This document shows positions 9,599-17,986 of a stretch of DNA of 64,000 bases, one piece after another. Numbering within the stretch: the stretch's first letter is position 1; the number at the start of each line of letters is the position of its first letter. Source of the DNA: Phormidesmis sp. (GTDB lineage Bacteria; Cyanobacteriota; Cyanobacteriia; Leptolyngbyales; Leptolyngbyaceae); contig CBDFJR010000002.1 in the NCBI GenBank assembly GCA_965248535.1, positions 1,984,001-2,048,000 on the forward strand, read 5' to 3'. The notes beneath the pieces are model-generated. The model searched no databases. It was given only the letters and a program-made list of their open reading frames with translations, and was not told where the DNA came from. The position numbers were made by a program, and so were the translations under genes.

Positions 9599-9668
9599 TG
9601 CATAAATCTTGAATGTGCTCCCTATGGATGAGGTGTAAGGGTTACAACCCATTTCAACCAAAGGAGAC
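9599..9668 (+). promoter_or_regulatory. Conserved promoter/leader motif, copy 2
   Basis: TGCATAA(9599)-N14-CCCTAT(9620)-N8-TGTAAG(9634), then hairpin GGGTT-ac-AACCC and ACCAAAGGAG (SD). Confidence 0.65.
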
Positions 9669-9674
9669 ACTTCC

Positions 9675-10595
9675 ATGAACGTTCGCACTCTGTTAAATCT
9701 GGCTTTGTTGCTCTCGGTTTCTGCTCCGGTTGTTCTGCCTGCGGCGGCGGCTGAGGTCATGGTCACCACTTCCACAACGACGACGACAACCACTCGCCAA
9801 GGCGCGATGATTCCTCAGACGGCGGGCGTAGTGATCAAGCTTCCGGCGGCGATCGCGGTAGATGTAGGACAAAAGCAAGATTATCCGATGACGGTGCCTC
9901 TCGCGCAGCCGTTGATGGATTCACAGGGCAATGAAGTCGTGCCGATGAATACGCCTGTCACCATCAAGTTCAAGCCTGAAAACGGCGGCGCAAAAATTGT
10001 GGCAGAATCCATTGTGGTAAGAGGTCAAATTGTGGCAATTCAAGCCATGAGTGCAGTGATTCCAGGAAACACGATTACTCAGCAGAGCGGGGCCGATCGG
10101 GCCCGTGAAAATAGCGGCATGTTGGGAAATCTGTTTGGAGCGGTGATGGGAGCGACGGCGGGCGAATCACACAAAGCCTCGGCGTTTGATCAAGGTGGCA
10201 TGATTGGGGGCGCGATCGGCATTCTCAGCGGCATGACCTCGCCTAAAAATATTCGGATTGTGCAGCTTCCTGCCGATAGTGTGTATGTGTTGACGCTGCA
10301 AGCGCCGATCTCACTGCCGACGATCGCTGTTACTCCCCAAGCCGACTCTGTTCAAGCTAGCGCTAATCAGCCTCAATTCAATTTTCACAACATTACGGAC
10401 TATAGCAAAGGACTAGAGCAGGTGATCAGTGGGTTTAAACAAGGGCAACTTTCTCAAGTCGATGCTCGTCGAGTTGTCGTCAGCGCTGACCAATATGCGA
10501 CGACTCAGCTAACGTCAAAACTTTATCCTCCGGCGGGTCTGCGTCGTCAAGTTGCTCAATTGTTTGACTACACTTACGGCATCGATCGTAAATAA
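9675..10595 (+). CDS. Secreted TrbI/VirB10-like beta-domain protein with glycine zipper
   Basis: Signal peptide (AAAAA|E), poly-Thr, YPMTVPLAQPLMDSQGNEVVP..TPV.IKFKPENGGAKIVAESI, paired GxxxG helices (GMLGNLFGAVMG / GGMIGGAIGILSG). The ORF is solid; the family call is from recall. Confidence 0.7.
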   Translation: MNVRTLLNLALLLSVSAPVVLPAAAAEVMVTTSTTTTTTTRQGAMIPQTAGVVIKLPAAIAVDVGQKQDYPMTVPLAQPLMDSQGNEVVPMNTPVTIKFKPENGGAKIVAESIVVRGQIVAIQAMSAVIPGNTITQQSGADRARENSGMLGNLFGAVMGATAGESHKASAFDQGGMIGGAIGILSGMTSPKNIRIVQLPADSVYVLTLQAPISLPTIAVTPQADSVQASANQPQFNFHNITDYSKGLEQVISGFKQGQLSQVDARRVVVSADQYATTQLTSKLYPPAGLRRQVAQLFDYTYGIDRK

Positions 10596-10624
10596 ATTCC
10601 ACCTTTATCCTCACCCCGCCGACT

Positions 10625-13600
10625 ATGCCCCGCGCTATTAGCCGACCCACTCTTCCCCTCGAAACTGGCAAAGCCAAACTGTGGATTTTGCTGGTCGGGG
10701 TCAATCACTACCAAGATACTCATCTGCCTTCGCTGCACTATCCTGCCCTCGACTGTCAGGGGTTAGCTGACGCGCTCACCGAGGCGACTCAAGAGTTTCC
10801 TCAGCGAGAAATTCGCACTCATCATGACTTTGGGGCAGCGGTGCCTGATTTAGCATCGGTGCGGCAAACGCTTCAGCAGATGGTCACAGACGCGCAGCCT
10901 CAAGACACGGTTCTGGTCTACTTTTCGGGGCATGGTGTGCTGGACGATCGCACTCAACAAGCGGTGTTGTGTTTAGCCGATACTCAAAAAGACAACTTGT
11001 TAGAAACCGGGTTAGGGGTTGCAGAATTGTTGGAGTTGTTGGGGCAGTGTGCAGCCCGTCAGCAGGTGATTTGGCTCGATGCTTGTCACAGTGGCAGCAT
11101 GACGCTGCGAAGCGCAAAAGGAGCCTCGATCGAGTTGCCCAATCCCACGGCCCAAATGATGAATGTGTTAGGACAACGCGCTGCCCAAAGTCAAGGATTT
11201 TATGCCCTGCTGTCGTGCGATCGTGCTCAACAATCCTGGGAGTTTCCTGAACTAGGGCATGGGGTGTTTACCTACTTTCTGATGCGGGGTTTGCGGGGTG
11301 AGGCCGCAGACGCTCAGGGCACGATCGAAGCAGACGGACTTTATAAATATGTCTATCACCAAACCCTGCAATACATCGACAAAACCAATCAGCAGTTGCG
11401 ATTAATCAATCAACAAAAGCGCAGTCGCGGCAACACTCAGCTTCAAACTGAGTATCCCATGCAAACGCCAAAACGCATTGTTGAGGGCATTGGTGAATTG
11501 ATTTTGGGCGTGCGATCGACGACAAATTCTCCTCAAAATCCCCGCCAGGCGCTGGTGATTGCCGGGCTTCCGAGCCAGCAAACGACGCTGAGTTTGAGCA
11601 AGGTGCTGCATCAGGCAGGCGGCTTTGATTTAGACTACTATCCGCAATCGGGCAAAGATTGGTCAGCCGTGCGCGAGGCTATTCAAACCTGTCTGCGATC
11701 GGCAGAGCCTCATCCCAGCCTCGCTCCTACGGCCCTCCTCTATCTGCGCGGACGGATTGAAGAAACAGCCGCAGGCGATTCCTGGCTGATCTTGGGAGAG
11801 ACTCGCATCGCCCGATCGTGGCTGCGCCAAGCCTTGCGTCACTCGCAAATGACCCAGCAAATTATCGTTTTAGACTGCCCCGGCGCGACCACTTTATCAG
11901 AGTGGATTGAAGAATTGCAGCTTGGCAACGATCAGGGACAATGCCTGATTGCGGCAGCATCTCCGACGACAGAATCTGAAAAATTTGCTCAAATCTTGCT
12001 AGAAACCTTAAAAGTGGGCGATCGTCCCGTCGGTCTGCCAGCCGCAGGCTGGATCGCACAACTGCAAATAGCATTAGCGGGAGAATTGCCGCTTCACGTT
12101 TGGCTATCAGGGGCCCAAGGCGTGATCGAAGTGTTGCCCGGACGAGTCGGATCGCGCCGCCCTGACACCGCAGGCTTTGACCTAGGATTCTGCCCCTATA
12201 TGGGGCTGAGAGCCTTTTCAGAAGAGGATTCTAGCTATTTTTATGGGCGAGAAGGGCTGACTCGCCAATTGATTCAGGCAGTCAGTCATCAAGCCTGTTT
12301 AGCGGTGGTGGGCGCATCAGGAAGCGGCAAATCTTCGATCGTGCAAGCCGGATTGATCGCGCAACTGCGACAAGGACAGCAAGTGCCGGGCAGTCAACAG
12401 TGGTGGATTGGGCACATGCGTCCGGGCGATCGCCCCTTAGAAGCCCTGGCTCGCCGACTAGTAGACCCTGGCAGCGACTCAGAGCAGTCCAGACAACAGC
12501 AGCAAATTGAAGGCATTTTGCACCAGGGCGCAGAAGGCTTTGTCTATTGGCTGCGATCGCGCCCCGAACCTGTTGTTATGCTCGTGATCGATCAATTTGA
12601 GGAATTATTTACCCTAGCAGCCACCGACGATCGCCAACAATTCCTAGCGCTGATTTTGGGGGCAGTGAACTATGCCAGCGATCGCTTTAAGTTAATCCTT
12701 ACGCTTCGCGCCGACTTCATTTCGCCCTGTTTAGAAGTTCCCGAACTGGCGACGATTTTGCAGCGATCGAGCGTTTTGGTGCCGCCTTATTTGACCGAAA
12801 ATGACTATCGCGACGTGATTCTTCGCCCAGCCGAACAAGTCGGATTGCAGGTCGAATCGGGGTTAGTCGAAGTGCTTTTGCAAGAACTCGACCACAGCGC
12901 CGGAGACTTGCCTTTATTAGAATTTGTCTTAGAACAACTGTGGCAACAGCGGCGATCGGGAGTGCTGACCCTGCACGCCTATCAACAACAAATTGGCGGA
13001 TTGCGGGGTGCCTTAGAGCGCAAAGCTGAGGCCGTTTATGACAGTTTAGACCCTGACGCTCAAGCCTGTGCTCGTTGGATCTTCTTATCGCTCACTCAGC
13101 TAGGAGAAGGCACCGAAGATACGCGCCGTCGAGTCTCTAAATCCGATTTGGTGGTGAAAAAATATCCGGCAGCGTTGGTCGATCGCACCCTTCAAGCCCT
13201 CGCGATCGCCAAACTGATTGTGATCGGAGTAGATGAACCAAACGCACACAGCAAGGGAGCACCACAGACTTCTGATTTTAGGCTCGATGCTTCCGCCACC
13301 GACGTTTCGATCGAGGTGGCCCACGAAATTTTGATTCGCTATTGGTCTACGCTGCGCTGGTGGTTAGAAGAAAATCGCAATCGCCTACGATCGCAGCGGC
13401 AGATCGAGCAAGCCGCCCTGCACTGGAAGCAGAGCGATCGTCAGTCCGATTTTTTATTGCGCGGCATTCGACTAGCCCAAGCTGAGGAACTCTATGTTAA
13501 CTACACCGACGAGTTGCCAACAGACACCCAGCGATTTATTGAAGCCTGCTTTAAAGAACGCCAGCGCGAACAAACAGAAGTCAAACGCAGACTCCGCAGA

Positions 13601-15736
13601 GCGCAGATGACCGCGATCGTGATCGGAGCGCTAGGCATCGCAGCATCGGGATTAGCAGGCTTTTCCTATTGGCAGCAGCGCAATGCCCAACTTCGCACGA
13701 TCGAAGCCTTAGCAGCTTCTTCTGAGGCGCTGTTATCGTCTAATCATCAGCTAGAAGCCTTGATAGCAGGAGTCAAAGCAGGACAGCAGATCAAAAAAAT
13801 GGCTCAGGTCTGGAATCCGATCGCGATGACTTCTCGCATGGGAACAATTGCTACTCTCCAACAGGCGCTCGATCTCACTCAAGAACTCAACCGATTAGAA
13901 AAACACAGTCAAAAAGTCAATGATATTAATATAAATAATAATGGAACCTTAATCGCTACGGTCAGTGACGATAAAACAATTCAGCTATGGAAAAATGACG
14001 GCACTTGGATTAGAGAAATAAAAACTCAGGAGCGCCTCAACGCCGTTACATTTAGTCCGGTTAATAACACGTTAGCAACCGCCAGCGCCGACAAAACCAT
14101 CAAACTGTGGAATCAAGACGGAACCCTCTTAAAAACCTTAACCGGACATCAAGACTGGACAACCGATGTGCAGTTTAGCCCCGATGGTCAAAGGTTAGCC
14201 AGCGCCAGTCGAGACGGCACGATTAAACTTTGGCGGCTCGATCGCAACACCCCCATGCAAACATTTCAAGGTCACAAAGGCTGGGTAAACAGCATTCGCT
14301 TTAGCCCTGATGGCAAAACTTTAGTGTCTGCTGGGGAAGACGGCACCATCAAATTTTGGCCAACTGACGGCAAAAATAGCCGATCGCTGAAGAGTTTTGT
14401 AGGACACCGCGATCGGATCACTGCCCTCAGCTTCAGTCCCGATGGCACCCTGATCGCATCTGCCAGCGCCGATAAAACCGCAAAACTTTGGTCACTCACG
14501 GGGCAGTTAGTGCAAACCTTTGCCGGGCACACCGATCAGGTAAATGATAGCCGCTTTCATCCCCAGGGCAAAACGCTAGCGACGGCGGGGGCTGATGGCA
14601 CCATCAAACTTTGGAGCTTAAATGGAGAACTGCTGCACACGATTAGCGCCTCGCGCACCACCGAAGCAGCCGCGGCCCACTCAGCCGAGATTACCCGCGT
14701 TCGATTTAGCCCAGATGGAGCCGTTTTGATGACTGCCAGCGCCGACAAAACCGCCAGACTGTGGCGAGTGCCCGACCTCACGCCACCTAATAGTGGGCTG
14801 TCGATCGCCAGTCTTAGCCCCGACGGTCAGACGATCGCCGCCGTCAATGACAAAACCATTCAGCTTTGGCGACGAAATCACGGAACCATCCAACCCTTAG
14901 CGATCGCGTTTAAGGGACACACCGCCCCGATTACAGCCTTAGAATTCAGTCCCGATGGCACCCTGATTGCGTCTGCCAGCACCGACAAAACCATCAAACT
15001 TTGGAACGTGACCACCGGATCGCAACTCAGAACCTTAACCGGACATCGCGATCGCGTCACCGCTCTCAGCTTTCGCCCCGATGGCAAACTTCTCGCATCC
15101 GGCAGCGCCGACAAAACCATCAAACTCTGGAACGTGTCCACCGGATCGCAACTCAGAACCTTAACCGGGCCCACCGACGAAATTACCGCCGTGCGCTTTA
15201 GCCCCGATGGGCGACTTCTCGCATCGGGCGGCTATGACAACACCCTCAGACTTTGGGTAGGTGACAGCCCTGCGTCGATTGTCGTTGGACGGCATCAACT
15301 CGCGATCGCGGCCATCGCCTTTAGCCCCGACGGTCACTCGATCGCGTCTGGCAGTTGGGACAACACCCTCAAACTTTGGACGCTTCACGATGCCACACCC
15401 AGCCCAGAAGTCACTCTCAGCCAGACCTTTAGCGGACACAGTGATGCAGTAACCAGCCTCAGCTTTAGCTCAGATAGTCAAATGCTTGCCTCAGGCAGCG
15501 CCGACACGACCCTAAAGCTTTGGGATGTCAAAACGGGTTTGCTCAAAACCCTCAGCGGCAGCCGCGATCGCCCTCAAAGTGTCAACTTCAGCGCAGACGG
15601 CAAAACGCTAGTCAGCAGCAGCGATCGTCAAGGCGTGGCAGTGTGGAACCTGGATTTAGACGACCTCTTAAAGCAAGGCTGCGATCGACTGCAACCCTAT
15701 TTGCAAAGCCACCCCGATCGTGAGGTGTGCCCTTAA
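10625..15736 (+). CDS. Caspase-like (peptidase C14)-pseudocaspase-STAND NTPase-TM-WD40 protein
   Basis: YFSGHG and LDACHSG dyad; CPYMGLRAF; Walker A GASGSGKSS; Walker B VIDQFEELF; GDLPLLEFVL; EVAHEILIR; TM AIVIGALGIAASGLAGFSYW; about 14 WD40 repeats. Confidence 0.93.
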   Translation: MPRAISRPTLPLETGKAKLWILLVGVNHYQDTHLPSLHYPALDCQGLADALTEATQEFPQREIRTHHDFGAAVPDLASVRQTLQQMVTDAQPQDTVLVYFSGHGVLDDRTQQAVLCLADTQKDNLLETGLGVAELLELLGQCAARQQVIWLDACHSGSMTLRSAKGASIELPNPTAQMMNVLGQRAAQSQGFYALLSCDRAQQSWEFPELGHGVFTYFLMRGLRGEAADAQGTIEADGLYKYVYHQTLQYIDKTNQQLRLINQQKRSRGNTQLQTEYPMQTPKRIVEGIGELILGVRSTTNSPQNPRQALVIAGLPSQQTTLSLSKVLHQAGGFDLDYYPQSGKDWSAVREAIQTCLRSAEPHPSLAPTALLYLRGRIEETAAGDSWLILGETRIARSWLRQALRHSQMTQQIIVLDCPGATTLSEWIEELQLGNDQGQCLIAAASPTTESEKFAQILLETLKVGDRPVGLPAAGWIAQLQIALAGELPLHVWLSGAQGVIEVLPGRVGSRRPDTAGFDLGFCPYMGLRAFSEEDSSYFYGREGLTRQLIQAVSHQACLAVVGASGSGKSSIVQAGLIAQLRQGQQVPGSQQWWIGHMRPGDRPLEALARRLVDPGSDSEQSRQQQQIEGILHQGAEGFVYWLRSRPEPVVMLVIDQFEELFTLAATDDRQQFLALILGAVNYASDRFKLILTLRADFISPCLEVPELATILQRSSVLVPPYLTENDYRDVILRPAEQVGLQVESGLVEVLLQELDHSAGDLPLLEFVLEQLWQQRRSGVLTLHAYQQQIGGLRGALERKAEAVYDSLDPDAQACARWIFLSLTQLGEGTEDTRRRVSKSDLVVKKYPAALVDRTLQALAIAKLIVIGVDEPNAHSKGAPQTSDFRLDASATDVSIEVAHEILIRYWSTLRWWLEENRNRLRSQRQIEQAALHWKQSDRQSDFLLRGIRLAQAEELYVNYTDELPTDTQRFIEACFKERQREQTEVKRRLRRAQMTAIVIGALGIAASGLAGFSYWQQRNAQLRTIEALAASSEALLSSNHQLEALIAGVKAGQQIKKMAQVWNPIAMTSRMGTIATLQQALDLTQELNRLEKHSQKVNDININNNGTLIATVSDDKTIQLWKNDGTWIREIKTQERLNAVTFSPVNNTLATASADKTIKLWNQDGTLLKTLTGHQDWTTDVQFSPDGQRLASASRDGTIKLWRLDRNTPMQTFQGHKGWVNSIRFSPDGKTLVSAGEDGTIKFWPTDGKNSRSLKSFVGHRDRITALSFSPDGTLIASASADKTAKLWSLTGQLVQTFAGHTDQVNDSRFHPQGKTLATAGADGTIKLWSLNGELLHTISASRTTEAAAAHSAEITRVRFSPDGAVLMTASADKTARLWRVPDLTPPNSGLSIASLSPDGQTIAAVNDKTIQLWRRNHGTIQPLAIAFKGHTAPITALEFSPDGTLIASASTDKTIKLWNVTTGSQLRTLTGHRDRVTALSFRPDGKLLASGSADKTIKLWNVSTGSQLRTLTGPTDEITAVRFSPDGRLLASGGYDNTLRLWVGDSPASIVVGRHQLAIAAIAFSPDGHSIASGSWDNTLKLWTLHDATPSPEVTLSQTFSGHSDAVTSLSFSSDSQMLASGSADTTLKLWDVKTGLLKTLSGSRDRPQSVNFSADGKTLVSSSDRQGVAVWNLDLDDLLKQGCDRLQPYLQSHPDREVCP
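14982..15168 (+). repeat. Near-identical tandem WD40-coding repeat (126-nt period)
   Basis: 14982-15042 vs 15108-15168: 59 of 61 nt identical by manual alignment. Confidence 0.9.
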
Positions 15737-15757
15737 TGTTCAGCAGAAGATCGATCG

Positions 15758-17179
15758 CTATCTAAAATGGGCAAGTCGCGCTTCCGGTTTTGAGGTCGCC
15801 TCGATCGGGAGTTTTTCCCAATTCCAATCCGCGATCGCTAACAGCGCAAACCAGTAAAAAAACAGCGTCGTATGGCTCCAAATATTTTCGGTTAACATGC
15901 CCACCATCGCAGCGAGCAAAAAGGCAACCAACACAGAACAAAATCGTTTCTGTGAAAGAGTCGTAAAAGGAGACCGGATCAGTTGGAACAATCGAACAAA
16001 CTGTACTCCAAAAAATGATAGATAGAGAGCCAGCCCGGTAAAGCCTTCTTCAACCAGCACCCTAATATAGTCATTGTGCGCCCAAGCAAACATCGGCCCA
16101 AACGAATTACTAGTTTGCAGCCCATAGCCCAGCACCGGAGCATGTTGCCAATGGCCAACTAGTGAAGTCCACTGAGCAATTCGCCAGTTAAAACTATTGT
16201 TGTCTGATGCCGCCAACAAGACCGCACGAGACGCATCAATCTGTGAATTGAACAAGGGAGTTTCAGCGATCGAGGCCAATCGTCCCCTGCCAAACTCAGT
16301 GCTCGAAAACAGACCAAACATTAACGAAATCAACACCAGCGCCGCAACTAGATTGGCAAAATTGAGTCGAGGCAACACTAGAGCCGCGATCAGCACAACC
16401 AGCATCGCAATGCCAATCAGCACCTTTGTGCTCACTAGAAAGAACACAAGGAGAATCATCAACATGACCCAAGGGAGACGCTGTTTGGTATTGGTGATCT
16501 TCCAATAAGTTAACCCAATAAAAAAAATCAGAAACGTTGCAAATGTATTGGACAAGCCCAGGGTGCCGTTGATTCGCGAATCCTGTTGTCCTTGATTAAC
16601 AGCCAAAAATGACGGCAGAAAGTGAGCCGGAATGATCAGTTGAAGCAGCGCTGCTGTCAAAGGAACAATCAGAGCTAGAAAGAGCCGATTGATAAACTTC
16701 TCTGGAGGGAGGCGATCTTTTAGCTGCAAGGTGAGCAGATAACACATAACCCAGCTAGAGACTCGCACCCACTCCCGCATGGCTTCAGGCAGGCGCTCAA
16801 CTCCCAACTCTGAGCCACCCAACGGCAGCAAGATCACCCACACTCCCTGAAGGGCAACCCAGCCTGCAAAAAACCACCAGAAGCCGTCAATTTCTACCTT
16901 CTGTTTTGCCAGCAGGCGAGTCACGACATAGATGATTGTTAAAGCAGAAAGCCCGATCGCAAACGCACCCGTCACACCTTTTTCAGAAAACGGATCGAGG
17001 GCACTTCTTAAAATTAAAAGTCCGAGTACGGCTATCTCAAAACTGTTGAAGAAAAAAGCGATCAGGACAGGAGCCACCAAAAACAGACCGACATAGAGAG
17101 GCTTGGTTCCAGTCTGAAAGCCCACTACAATGCCGATTAAGACTCCAAAAATCCCAACTAAGCGCCCTAAATTGATCAT
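15758..17179 (-). CDS. O-antigen ligase / Wzy-like polymerase
   Basis: Multi-TM; RINGTLG..N, NSFNWR...W, PVLGYG, AHNDYIR. Confidence 0.85.
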   Translation of the reverse strand: MINLGRLVGIFGVLIGIVVGFQTGTKPLYVGLFLVAPVLIAFFFNSFEIAVLGLLILRSALDPFSEKGVTGAFAIGLSALTIIYVVTRLLAKQKVEIDGFWWFFAGWVALQGVWVILLPLGGSELGVERLPEAMREWVRVSSWVMCYLLTLQLKDRLPPEKFINRLFLALIVPLTAALLQLIIPAHFLPSFLAVNQGQQDSRINGTLGLSNTFATFLIFFIGLTYWKITNTKQRLPWVMLMILLVFFLVSTKVLIGIAMLVVLIAALVLPRLNFANLVAALVLISLMFGLFSSTEFGRGRLASIAETPLFNSQIDASRAVLLAASDNNSFNWRIAQWTSLVGHWQHAPVLGYGLQTSNSFGPMFAWAHNDYIRVLVEEGFTGLALYLSFFGVQFVRLFQLIRSPFTTLSQKRFCSVLVAFLLAAMVGMLTENIWSHTTLFFYWFALLAIADWNWEKLPIEATSKPEARLAHFR

Positions 17180-17285
17180 GAAATTTCTCTGATGATGTTC
17201 TCTCTAATTCACGGCATCTTAAGTCGTGAATTGAATCAATTTTTGACACTCTCCACCACCTAGGTGAACGGTGTATTCTGCAAAC

Positions 17286-17732
17286 TTAGATAAACTTAAA
17301 ATCTTTAGAGCCATTGCATCCCGGCATCCGCGATTGTCGCCGCGTGAATTCACCAACCGAAGGGTTGCCATTGGGGTCAAGAACGCCCTGGGCCTGCCGC
17401 CAAAGCTCTGTGGGTGGAATAGACAACTGATAGGAGCGAGGCCCTGTTTTGTGTACATGATACCACTGAGTTTTGTGGCACTCTTGGCACCAAAATGCTT
17501 CTAGCCACTCTCCATCTAGGGAGACGGTTGATCGATTAGACATCAGCAGCAGAGCGCTTTTGCGACTGACTCCGCGGGCTTGCAGTTGCTCAGAGAGATC
17601 GGCAAACAGCGAATGTTTGGGGCTGACGCTATCCAGGTGGTTTCCGTCGATCGGGCAAAAAATTGCGCGTCTTTTTGAGCGTTTCCGGCTGCGATCGCAG
17701 CGTCGCAACACTTCGGTTTTTTCATCTAGCAC
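17286..17732 (-). CDS. Conserved cyanobacterial EPS-cluster hypothetical protein (possible Zn-binding)
   Basis: RKRSKRRAIFCP...EWLEAFWCQEC..WYHV...GNPSVGEFTRR; start uncertain. Confidence 0.75.
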   Translation of the reverse strand: MLDEKTEVLRRCDRSRKRSKRRAIFCPIDGNHLDSVSPKHSLFADLSEQLQARGVSRKSALLLMSNRSTVSLDGEWLEAFWCQECHKTQWYHVHKTGPRSYQLSIPPTELWRQAQGVLDPNGNPSVGEFTRRQSRMPGCNGSKDFKFI

Positions 17733-17986
17733 AATATCAACTGAGTAAGATTTGCAGGAACAAACTAAGTCTTGACGAAGCTCTTGAAAACCCAGATGTC
17801 AAGTCAGAACATGGATTGAGTCAACCGTCAAAACTACATTAGTAGTCTCAACCAGTTATCTCACACGAGACTTAGATAGATCAGTATTTTCAACTAGCTT
17901 AATCAAGCCTTCACTACTGCTTTACAAAATCTTTTTTATCGAAACAACTAATTCAGCCAAGAGTAGAGTCTAGAAATCAGGGTGAT

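Noticed and set aside
9367..9793. Short ORFs in the 8679/9675 spacer
   Set aside because: They run through a terminator, a G-rich tract and a REP, and have no convincing protein features.
8679..10700. Bacterial amyloid signalling (BASS/Bell-NLR) pair
   Set aside because: No shared short motif between the upstream proteins and the STAND protein N-terminus, and the upstream proteins are exported rather than cytoplasmic.
13900..15700. WD40 repeats as CRISPR array or DGR template/variable pair
   Set aside because: The repeats are in-frame coding units with no spacer structure, no reverse transcriptase is in the window, and two mismatches cannot show adenine-specific mutagenesis.
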